Part shown: positions 51,250-62,411 of the stretch, one piece after another | Numbering within the stretch: position 1 is the first letter of the stretch | Layout of the letters: each line of letters starts with the position of its first letter | Origin: Nemertoderma westbladi | Taxonomy: Eukaryota; Animalia; Xenacoelomorpha | Length of the DNA stretch: 64,000 nt | Direction: 5' to 3' | NCBI GenBank assembly: GCA_032718475.1 | Contig: JAUCBJ010000586.1 | Location: 43,857 to 107,856 of the forward strand | Notes under the pieces: model-generated | Databases searched by the model: none | Told to the model about the DNA's origin: nothing | Seen by the model: the letters and a program-made list of their open reading frames with translations, nothing else | Translations under genes and position numbers: made by a program

Positions 51250-52093
51250 AGTTCCGTGGTATTTATTCGAAGGCGAGCCCGTAGAAGATATATCCGCTGT
51301 GTGGAGCGAATTCCTTGAGTTAGGATACGAGCAACTAGAGGTTGGCTGCACTATGGTGGACTACTGTCCTCCTGGGGTCTACGAACGGCTCAGTCTGCGG
51401 GTCGACAGCCATGTGGAGAAGCGAGTGGACTGGCATTGCGGGATGCTAGCGGAGCGGTTGGCGCTGCCGTTGTTGGTCCGCAAGGTGATGCTGGACGGCG
51501 TGGTGAAGGTGTCTGTCGCTTGTAGAGGCACGTTGGATCGCGTACGGGATATGTGGTCGGTTGTGCTGCCGGTGTTAGACGAGTTGATTAACCTATTGGA
51601 CGAATTCCCGGGGCTCCTGTACGCCCCCTACATAGCGTGCGCGCACTGCGTGAAGAAAGGCTCGAAACGTCCGCATTCGTTCCGCGGCGAGTTGATCTAC
51701 CAGCCGGAGCCGGCCCCGGATCGGCGGGTTGTGTGTCCGCGTGCGAAGCCTACGGATCGGATGCGTTACGAGCTGCTGTACCCCCCGGGGGAGGAGTTGG
51801 ACCGCGGCTTGCATTCCGCCTTCCGGCTCGTAGCCGGACAGATCGCCTTCGCTGATTGGAGGAAGCTCGGACGTCAGTTGGGATTATCTGACTCGCGATT
51901 GGACGAACTGTGGAGCGAGTCGCAGACCCCGGATCGACCTCGGCAGACCTACAACATGCTGTTGTGTTGGAGTCGGTCGTTTAGGAGGACGGCGACTCAG
52001 AGTCGGCTGGTTGCCGCGCTCAAACAGGCCGGGAGGTCGGACGTTGCGAAACGACTCGATGAGAAGGATTCCGTGAAAGAGGCGCTGATATAG
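51250..52093 (+). CDS. Roco protein exon 4 (COR C-terminal part + death domain); full CDS 2961 nt, 986 aa
   Basis: Acceptor tttatAG|A gives YRVPWYL; PPGVYERLS, FPGLLY...CAHC...H (COR end); DWRKLGRQLGLSDSRLD...YNMLLCW...ATQSRLVAALKQAGRSDVA (death fold). Confidence 0.87.
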
Positions 52094-53216
52094 GGCACTG
52101 GGACACTGATTCAGGGCTTGAGGCACTGGTTCAAGGGCACTGGTTCAGTGCATTGAGGCACTGGTTCAGGGCACTGGGACACTGATTCAGGGCACTGAGG
52201 CACTGGTTCAGGGCACTGAGGCACTGGTTCAGGGCACTGAGGCACTGGTTCAGGGCACTGAGGCACTGGTTCAGGGCACTGAGGCACTGGTTCAAGGCAC
52301 TGAGGCACTGGTTCAGGGCACTGAGACGCTGGTTCAGGGCACTGAAGCACTGGTTCAAGGGCACTGGTTCAGGGCACTGAGTCACTGGTTCAGGGCACTG
52401 AGGCACTGGTTCAAGGGCACTGGTTCAGGGCACCGAGGCACTGGTTCAGGGCACTGGGACACTGATTCAGGGCACTGAGGCACTGGTTCAGGGCACTGAG
52501 GCACTGGTTCAGGGCACTGAGGCACTGGTTCAGGGCACTGAGGCGCTGGTTCAAGGGCACTGGTTCAGGGCACCGAGGCACTGGTTCAGGGCACTGGGAC
52601 ACTGATTCAGGGCACTGAGGCACTGGTTCAGGGCACTGAGGCACTGGTTCAGGGCACTGAGGCACTGGTTCAGGGCACTGAGGCACTGATTCAGGGCACT
52701 GAGGCACTGGTTCAGGGCACTGAGGCACTGGTTCAGGGCACTGAGGCACTGGTTCAGGGCACTGAGACGCTGGTTCAGGGCACTGGTTCAGGGCACTGAG
52801 GCACTGGTTCAGGGCACTGAGACGCTGGTTCAGGGCACTGAGGCACTGGTTCAGGGCACTGAGGCATTGGTTCAGGGCACGAGACGCTGGTTCAGGGCAC
52901 TGAGGCGCTGGTTCAGGGCACTGAGACAGAGGTTCCGGGCACTGAGGCACTGGTTCAGGGCACTGAGGCGCTGGTTCAGGGCACTGAGGCAGAGGTTCCG
53001 GGCACTGAGGCACTGTGGCACTGGTTCAGGGCACTGAAGCACTGGTTCAGGGCACTGAGACGCTGGTTCAGGGCACTGAGACAGAGGTTCCGGGCACTGG
53101 TTCAAGGCACTGAGGCACTGGTTCAGGGCACTGGTTCAGGGCACTGAAGCACTGGTTCAGGGCACTGAGGCGCTGGTTCAGGGCACTGAGATAGAGGTTC
53201 AGGGCACTGAGGCACT
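52094..53216. repeat. GC-rich 21-bp minisatellite (~50 units) starting right after the Roco stop codon
   Basis: Unit ggcactggttcagggcactga, with frequent variants and partial units. Confidence 0.97.
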
Positions 53217-56200
53217 TTTTTGCAACAATCCTTTTTATACGTTAGATCATTTTTTGATATAATATTAAATATAAATATTTATTTATAATTATTATTAATA
53301 TAAATAATTGGAAAATATCAAATTTGAGTATTTTGCTATGAAGCTAAAACATATTTAGCCTTTTCTTTTGTTATTACTTTAAATATGTTATATTTTCTGA
53401 ATTAGAATAACTAAATTCCATTTACCTATCCGTTTTAGAATAAAAATGAATGAAATAAAACTGTTACTTTACAGTTTGGGTGTTTAAGGCTGGCCATATT
53501 GATTTATAAAACGTCGCCAAAATAATTAATCCAATCTGCCACTCATAAATTTCATTTTAATTATTGACATTATTGTGCCAATAGGCCGTGAACCTCGTTG
53601 CAAATTCTATTGCTATTGCCTTAACCATGTCCCGTCACCGTTATTACTATCCAACACGCATTGCTAGTAGTTTTTCACACGCACTCAATGTTGTGTAATC
53701 GATTTTTCATTCCGATAGAATCAAATCATTATGATATTCTATACACAAAGGTGCAAAATAATACTTTAGAATTATAATTTACTGTGTACGTAGATTTTTG
53801 TATTATTTCTATACAATAAGTAATTTTGTTTGAAATTCGTTTTTATTTTAAATTCTTTAAATTCATAACAATTAATTGAAACTCTCATTATGGAATAAGT
53901 GCGGAAGTTGCCTTATTAGAAAAACGTAACTTTTTAACAGCTGCCTGTTTTTTTATCCTTTTCTGTTATACAGTAATCTGATATAATTTCCCTCTGTTTT
54001 ATAAGAGAATAAGTTTTAATGCTAATAAGGGGGGCATCCATAAAGGACGACCGAGTAAATTCCTGATTTTAAGACCCCCCCCCCCCCCCCTTCTCCTGTC
54101 CAAGCTTGTCCGGTTTTTACCAGCCCCCCCCCCCCCCCCACCCTGCCACTTCGGACGTCCAAATTTACAAGACAAAGAAGGTTACTGATTCCCACTATAA
54201 TTGCTGCAACTTCATATCATTATTTATTAAAATCAACTCAACTAGATCTACTGTAGCACAAACATCAGCTTCACAAACATCTACTATACCATCTACATAC
54301 TATGCCCCCTAACGTTACGAAGGATACCGGTTTCCCACAATCCCTTTTGATTGAATTTCATAATTTTTTCATAGACTTTTCTTGATAAATATTTAACAAG
54401 GTAAAGGGGGAAGAGGGGGGGATTAAGTTTTATTCTTAAATGGTTACTTTTTCGCTCGAATTTAGACCAAAATCGGGATAAAAAGTTTCACTTTTTTCCT
54501 TAGGGAAAAAAGTAACCCATAGGATTGCGTTGATTGTACTTTTTTCCCGGCGAAAAAAGTAAATTAAAATATTGTTGGTGGAATTTCTTAAATTTTATTA
54601 AATGTGTTGAAATACATTGACGTAGAAATGGTTTGCACGTAATTTGTGCAAAATCCATGCACGCACTCAAAGGTTATGGCAAATTTAGTGTCTGTAAGGC
54701 GAACTCCAAAACGGAACTCAATATCCAATATTGGTTTATGTTGTTAAGCGGCTCTCTCAGTTACCTAATCAATATTCGAGAACACTAAATTATTTAACAT
54801 TGAGTAAGGCAGCATCAGGAGTTGAAGAGTACTGTATTTAGAATCGCCGTAACTTTGGAAGCAATATAGTATAATACTATAGTCCAATTTATTTTGTACC
54901 ACTATATTTCTATACGTTTTAAGCAACAAAAAAGTACCAATTTAAGATTAAAATTACGTATTACATAGGGAATAAAACGTAGTACTTTTTTTTTTCAATA
55001 TTCTCTCGACCCTTTGTTATCCTCGCTGCCTCTCGGTAAATAAAATGCCTCGAGAATAATGAAAAAAAAAGTTATACCGGTACTTTTTTTCCCATGTAAT
55101 AAATAATTATATTTAAATTACAATTTGATTTAAAGATTAGTAAATTCTCTGCGAAATACAAGATACTCCCTTTAGCATCTCACTGTGGTATTCAATCCAT
55201 TATTGACAATTATTGACCAATAGTAATTAATTTTCAAAATTACTCCAATCCCCCCCCCCCCCCCCCCCCCCCTTCAAATTATTCTACATGCATTTTTGAA
55301 ACCGAGATATTTTCACCTCCCTCCTCCTAGCTGGGTGAGCCAGAATTTTTATTTTCGCTTTCATTCTTTAGCTACTCTTTAGTTTGTTAGTTTAGTTTAA
55401 TAAAGTGTCTCCGTCGTTATTGCACCAGTAACACTTCTGCTATTCTCCAACCTTATAGTGATTTATTGGTACTATTAGATAGATGGCTGTTCAAAGATTC
55501 CAAATATGTAACACAGTCTGAATTTCGTAGTAAAAATAGCTGAGATAGGAGCGTTCAAAAGTTGAATGGTTTTGCACTGCGCGAGGCTATTTTATTCTAT
55601 TTAATAAATACGCCATATTCTGGAACATTTTGTTTATGTAAGAATAATATATGCGTACTTTTGTTACCATAGGTATAGCATTGTTAGTTGCCCAGCTACT
55701 TATGAGATAATTACAACATTACAAAATTATGTGTTAATTAATATAATGGCGGATTGTGTTACATATTTGGAATGCCTGTAACGACATTCCATAAGTATTA
55801 ACGAATTGCTAAAGGTTAACAAGGATTTCGGGAATATTTTGGAGTATTTTTTGAATTTATTTATAGAATAAATGCTGTATTCTAGAAGTATACAAAGTTA
55901 CAGTATAAAAAAAGCTGAATCCTTTTTGAACCATGATTGGTAAATTATTTACAACGCGAAATTAATAATCCGTTACATCATGTTGTTAAGCATGATGTAA
56001 TTTAACCCTAACTGGCCCGGATGGGCGTAATTTTAGAATTTTTTGTAATTTATCTCTATCTTTGAGTCAGGTTTGTTAGAACGAAAACGAAAAAATCAAG
56101 TAGTGTAAAAACCCCCAGTCAAACTGATGTTATGACCTTATTTGGTTTTTTGGGATTCTGATCAAGAATATGACACTCAAATTCAATCAAATTTACTTAC

Positions 56201-56276
56201 ATACTAATATAGTATGTTATTATTATCATCTTATTTAAAACACCTTTCATATATATTTATTTACCAAACTCGTACA

Positions 56277-56557
56277 TATATCGTAGCTTAAGTGTCATAA
56301 AGCCCTAAGTCAATATCTGCATGATTGATCAGGAGAGCCTATAAAATATATAGAAAGATATATTGCCATTCTGCAGTAACATATTGTCCGCTGGGATATA
56401 CAGTAGGGCTTCACTTTACCCCGTAATAATCATAACTTCCCATTGGTCAAAACTTCACCAGCTGATAGACCATGTCGTAAAGTGTGGAATTGCATAAAAA
56501 AGTAAAATCCGACAAAAATTGACTTAGGGCCTTGTGACACTTAAGAGCTACGATATA
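56277..56557. mobile_element. MITE with ~38-bp TIRs
   Basis: tatatcgtagcttaagtgtcataaagccctaagtcaat / attgacttagggccttgtgacacttaagagctacgatata. Confidence 0.75.
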
Positions 56558-59500
56558 ATTATTAGTGACTGACAGATATTATTTTCCAATGTCGATGTTG
56601 GCGAAATAATATCTCCTCTGAATGTTAAATTATCAATTAAAGGAGAGTTGTGGCATGTTATTCTAACCAAAACAATAAACTAATGTCAATAGAACACAGG
56701 AAAGGCCAAGAGTGATTACAAATAATAATATCATTAATTTAATTGAATAAAATTTTCTTCAACCTTTTCGCCTATTCCAGCCCCATTTGGGGCTTTAATA
56801 CCAATATACCATTCAATATTTTAAAAATTACGTAATATGTTAATTAAGTAATTTTCAATTGTTTTACTTTTTATTACATTGTAAATATTGAGGTGTAACC
56901 TTACATTCTAATTAATTAGTTTCGTCTATAATTAGATTATAAACTGTGTGGAATTAATTGCACATGATTTCAATTTCTTAATTAATTGTTTAATCTTGTG
57001 CGACGATTGACTTATATTACAGACAAACTAAAATAAAACCTTACCGCCTTATTTACTTAAAGCGCTCCATTTATTAATGGTTTATTCAATATTTTTTTAG
57101 TTTATTGTTTTCTTACGAAGATAATTAATTATATTATATTAATTTTATTAACCAAATTTTAATTCTAGAAAATATTGTGGTTTCTTATTGTTTCTTTTAT
57201 TTACTTGTGATTTTGGTTATTTGAAAAATGCTATCCTTGGTGGAAGTATTTGGTATATACCCTATTAATTTATATTTGTACCCTATTTAAACCCAATTAT
57301 TATTATTACCTTATGTGCTATTTTCTCAGCAATATACCGTGGCTGATTGCGGCAACATTAGATTACTTTTTTTAATAATTAGGTATTTTTTCTGAATGTC
57401 ATTGATTTGCGTTTGAATAGCCAGATCAGATAGGTACCCACTGCATTCCGCATACCAGATTTTCGTGTACCACCAGTAAGTTCTACAGGATTTTATTGTT
57501 GTACATTTTTCTAAAATCTGATTACACTAACTTCTTAATTAATTTGGCTTATATGTTGTTGTTATTGTTGCAAATTAGGCCTTGATGTTTTGCGTGGGCG
57601 TATTTATAATAATTATTATTACTCAGACTATAAATAATATTTTTATTGTTTATTGCACCATTGTATTATACAATATTAATAACATAATATGCCTGTAGTA
57701 AAATAGAAATAAAGAAGAGTGCGGAAGGAGATACACTAGTCTAACTGACTACCAGTGAGTCCAGAGTATAAAAATTACTAACTAAATATATAATAATGGA
57801 TTATGTTCCAAAAAAACACGTAATTGCTCACCGAATTATTAAAAAACAGGAACCATATGTGGCGGCAATCAGCCGCGGTTGTAATATAATTAATGTTTAC
57901 GATCATATTGTAATTGTTAGTTAATTGAATGTTCGTTGTTTTTTTAGTAGTTAAAGTTAAGTAAGGCATTCCTGTTTGTGCCATATTAATTATTTAATTG
58001 GAAATTTAACTGGAATTAAATGGTTGAAATTAATCTTTTAAATATGTGTGCCATTGAAATATAAATTTTATCTCTTTAATTTTCTCGTAAGAATCGCCTT
58101 TCTTTAGGTGTGTTCGTTATAATCGTGTATTAGTACGCATTTCCTTATTATTTTATGAATTAAAAAAACCATTAATATTTCCTAACTGTGAGGTTAAATT
58201 TGAATCATTCGACTTATATATTTTCATTAGCACATATTTGTTTGAGGTGATTCAGGTGCTATAATACTGTCATTAACTTATAGACCTCCTTGCACACACA
58301 TCACATTTTGTATGCCGTAGTTGTAAAGTATCAATTTGCTATAGGTTTACCCTCCCTGTTTTTTTCTACTTTATTAATGTGCTAAACAATGATTGTTATT
58401 ATTAGTTAATAGTAACTACTGTACACTGATAACTATGATTAAATTAATTTAATTATAATGGGCCAAATGCATAGTTGTTGATCCTAACATTTTTGCTACG
58501 CTTCAACCCAAATTGCGCAATCAAGTGTGAAGGTGGTTTGAAAACCACCGAGGCCTAAACGCTGTTTACAGCTTCATCTTTTCATCGGAGTCAACAAACC
58601 GCTACTATAAGGTTGGAGAATAACTGCGGTGTAACTTGAGCGAAATATCGACGGATACCTTTTATAAAAGCTAAAGTAGCTAAAGATTGAACAAGCAAAA
58701 TTACAAATTCTGGCTCACCCAGTAAGGTGATCTCTGTTTCACATTTCATGCAATATGGATGTATCTATCGGTTTATATCTAAAGTTTTTTCGTATTAAGT
58801 TAATTATCATTATTTATCATTCGTTATTTATCCATCCTAATCGATATTAGGTTGGGTGTCGCTCTATCAGCCTTGAGCAATTTGAATAAAACGTGTTTCC
58901 ATGTCAACAGTGACTGAGACCCTAGCAACCGCTGTTATAAACACGTTATAAACATGTTGAGCGTGCAGCACGATTTATATTATCACGTATTTTTAGTGAC
59001 AGCTGATCGATCTATATCAATACGTGTGGCTAAGTCGCACCCTAGATTACCAATACATGCTCGTGGGGCCTTCGCGCAACACGAGGTTCGGTTATGAGAT
59101 ACAAATTTAAATTGAGAAAATCCATCAGAAAAGCGGCGTTTAGAAATTTAACCAATAGATGCCTACGGCAATAAATCAATGAAGAGGGGAAGTTCCTCTC
59201 CTTCAACCCCCCTCTTAATCTGCACCAACCCAACCCAAAGGCGAATAGAGACTTAATGAAAGGCGGGTATTAACATAAAATTTGTGTTTTAAAGGTAATA
59301 TATTAAATATATTTTAGCCGTGGAGGCGACCCAATTTGTAAGAAATATTAAAACTTACCTTATGCCGATAGTATTGATAATTAAATATTAATTACCACGT
59401 CAACACCTCGACGAGATTATTTAGCTAATTATTCTACGAATTCTATTTCTATAAAGAATCACGATTAAATACTCAGCCAATCATTAGTACTCTAGATATA

Positions 59501-60182
59501 CGAAAACCGTCTTTCCCAAAATATGGTTATGGCGATGCTATCAGTTTTGGGATAAACTAGTTCTAAAAACAGAGGTCCATTTCAGTTTGCCCTTACACGC
59601 TTTAACAGTCATTTGTATACCTACTAACTATATAGGGCTATTTAAGTTAAGTATAACATACCCTTCTCCTTCATTAGCCTCGTTGCGCTCGTCTTGTTTT
59701 GTCTTAAAATAATTTTCCTAAACGGAGACCAACGACCTTTATAACTATGCAAAGTCTCGAAACTGTCATGGTAACTGCTGATTTATGGAAGATGGATCCA
59801 CTGTAAACTCGTTGCGTTCGTTTTGTTTTTTTTACCAAATTTCCGATTCTTTCTAAACTTTTGACTGACTACATACGGTACGTACCAAGTTTCGCTTAAT
59901 TTCATCAATGAATGACCGAGTTATTGGCGTTCAAAAATTTACGACGACGTCAGATACAACTCGTTAATGGCACCCATATGCTAAGGCTTTGCTCACTTAG
60001 CGCCACTCCACAGTTAATTAATACCAGTTTTCAGCTGTGTCGGTGTGCGTGTGTAGGCTAAGCTAATACTGTAATACAGTACCGGGATAGTACTGCAGAA
60101 AAAACCGTACCGCTGTACCGATACTGCAGTAGGCTACTGCTGTAATACCGATACCAGTTCAGCAGTTAAAATACCGGTAAAC

Positions 60183-62411
60183 ATGATGAGTGCAGATGGG
60201 AACATAATTTCTTTACAATTACCGGTAGCTGAAGCTCTCTATGACAATCTAGCGGATACTATAGATGAATTGGCCTTCAAAAAGGGCGACTCATTGTTGG
60301 TGTTGGACCAGAACCCTGAGGGTTTGGAGGGATGGTGGGATTGCGAGATTGGGGGGCGGCGAGGGATAGTTCCCGCGAACCGTCTGCGAATTCTACCCGC
60401 ACCCAATCTCGCGAAACGTGTCGTCGGTAGACCCTCGCATTACGACCTCGTCCCGCCACATCCCATGTCCGTAGGCGGGGATTACGACGTCCTCCATGGC
60501 AACGGGCAACCCGAGGAGTTTTACGATCATCCGCCATTACAGCAGCAGCGTCAATCCCCGCAGTTAGTTCGACCAATGAGCACGCAGCGGTCTAGCGCGT
60601 CACTTAGCAACAGATCCAGCAACGGTTCGATGGACGCGGTTGTCGTTCGGTCCGAACGCCATGGAAACCCCGCCGTATCGATGGAACCGCAGAGTTTCTA
60701 TGACTCACCTCCCCTCCGCGGCGCCGAAGCTGCCCCTGTCGGGATGGTTAAAGGCGACGCCAACGACGTTTACAGACCAGCGCGAACTCCGGTCGGTGTC
60801 GGTTCCACGTACGATATGGTTCCGAACTCCTCCCAACCTCCACTCCCTCCTCCCCACTCCCGAAACATCGTTCTCGCTCCGATAACGGCGAACGACACAG
60901 TCACCGCATTCGTGTATGATCGTCCCCCTTCCGGCTCCGATCTGCATCCTTTTAGTTCTGATCGCCCCCAATCCTCGTCGGATCGCCCCCAACCCGGGTC
61001 CGACCGGTCCCAATCCGGCTCCGATCACCCCCAATCCGGCTCAGATCGCCCCCAATCCGGCTCCGATCGCCCCCAATCCGGCTCCCGCCCCCAGTCCGGC
61101 GCGGAGACACGCTCTATCGACGACCTCCTGGAAGCTGCCCGCCTCGCCTCCTCCGCTCCCACCTCTTCCCAACCCTCCCGTAGGAACTCCCAACGAGACC
61201 ACGCCATCGACTCCCTAGTAAAACTCGAACAGAAACTCGGCGCCGCGATCTCCAACCTGATCAGCTTCAAACAACCGAACTGGTCGGATCCGGCGGTGCT
61301 AACCCCATCGAGACTCTCCCTCCTCCGTAAAGCCGTGTCTCTACTAACCACGGGGGTGCGGGAATTCTCCGAGTTTTGCCGCGAGTGCTGCTATTTTTGC
61401 TGCGAAATCAATGCGACTTTGTACTCAGAGTTGTCGCAGAACACAGCGATATTAGATCGTTGTTACAGCAAACTCATCGAGTTGGGCGGAGTTTTAGAAC
61501 AATCTTCTAGGTTAGCGGAACTAACTCAGTCCCTTTCTGAGGGTTTCGATATCTCCATGTCTCTCTCCAACGTCACTTCCGGTTTATCTCAACGTCTACA
61601 ATCAAATCTGCACGTTATATTCCCGGACCACGCGGATAAGGCGGCCCCCCTTCCTCCACCCGCGTTGCCCCCCATTCTTCCCCCCTCGGTGCAACGCCGC
61701 CCCCTCCCGGCGCCCCCCGTGGACCGCTCAACCATCCCCCCCAACCTCCAACCCAACGCCGCGAACACCTCCAAACTCTTCTACGAAAACCAACTGTTTA
61801 TGGAGCAGTACGACGACGCCGCCCTGCGGGCCACTCAGGAACTGTCGCCCAACCGACTGTACGACCGACCCTCCAACGCGTCCGTCTACGACCGCCTGCA
61901 GTCGGATCTATCGCTGCCGACAACTAAAACAACGGTGTATGCGTCTGCAACTCCCTCTAATACAATCGCAACATCAGGAAACATTGCTGCGGGTAATGCC
62001 GCGGCTACTACCGCCCCTTCCGACCGCACCACCGCGGCTATCTACACCCGGCAGCTGGACGACCTGATACCCGCGCTCACCCAGACTGTAGACGCCTTCC
62101 TCCGCTCACTAGCCAACCAGCAACCCCCCAAGGTATTCATCGCCTACACCAAGTTCGTGGTAATCTGCGCCCACAAGGTGATTTACGTGGGCGATGCGGC
62201 CCGGGAGGGTCTGAGAGGCGCCGAGTTCCGGGATCGCGTCGCTATAGCTACGGAGACTCTCTCGGAGAGACTGAGACACGCTGTGCTCGCGAGTAAAGCG
62301 GCGGCCTTGCAGTTCCCCAATCCCACGGCCATACAGGATATGGTCGGCCAGATAGCGGGGTTGTCTGGCACGGCTAATCATCTGAGGGAGTTATTGCGAT
62401 CCCAGAGTTAA
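60183..62411 (+). CDS. BCAR1: p130Cas/BCAR1/NEDD9 (Cas-family) adaptor, intronless, 742 aa
   Basis: SH3 ALYDN...ELAFKKGD...EGWW...GIVPANRL; YDxP substrate motifs; helical serine-rich domain; RPLPAPP; C-terminal QPPKVFIAYTKFVVICAHKVIYVGD...KAAALQFP. Confidence 0.93.
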   Translation: MMSADGNIISLQLPVAEALYDNLADTIDELAFKKGDSLLVLDQNPEGLEGWWDCEIGGRRGIVPANRLRILPAPNLAKRVVGRPSHYDLVPPHPMSVGGDYDVLHGNGQPEEFYDHPPLQQQRQSPQLVRPMSTQRSSASLSNRSSNGSMDAVVVRSERHGNPAVSMEPQSFYDSPPLRGAEAAPVGMVKGDANDVYRPARTPVGVGSTYDMVPNSSQPPLPPPHSRNIVLAPITANDTVTAFVYDRPPSGSDLHPFSSDRPQSSSDRPQPGSDRSQSGSDHPQSGSDRPQSGSDRPQSGSRPQSGAETRSIDDLLEAARLASSAPTSSQPSRRNSQRDHAIDSLVKLEQKLGAAISNLISFKQPNWSDPAVLTPSRLSLLRKAVSLLTTGVREFSEFCRECCYFCCEINATLYSELSQNTAILDRCYSKLIELGGVLEQSSRLAELTQSLSEGFDISMSLSNVTSGLSQRLQSNLHVIFPDHADKAAPLPPPALPPILPPSVQRRPLPAPPVDRSTIPPNLQPNAANTSKLFYENQLFMEQYDDAALRATQELSPNRLYDRPSNASVYDRLQSDLSLPTTKTTVYASATPSNTIATSGNIAAGNAAATTAPSDRTTAAIYTRQLDDLIPALTQTVDAFLRSLANQQPPKVFIAYTKFVVICAHKVIYVGDAAREGLRGAEFRDRVAIATETLSERLRHAVLASKAAALQFPNPTAIQDMVGQIAGLSGTANHLRELLRSQS
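60955..61100 (+). repeat. In-frame 21-bp coding repeat (SDRPQSG)n in the Cas gene
   Basis: tccgatcgcccccaatccggc-like units, ~7 copies. Confidence 0.9.

Noticed and set aside
52111-53105. Minus-strand (PQCPEPV)n ORFs resembling SPRR/cornifin proteins
   Set aside because: Translation of a 21-bp minisatellite with frequent frame-breaking indels; no unique N- or C-terminus and no real ATG context.
56002-56030. piggyBac-like end (TTAA-CCCT...)
   Set aside because: No matching opposite TIR with TTAA was found.
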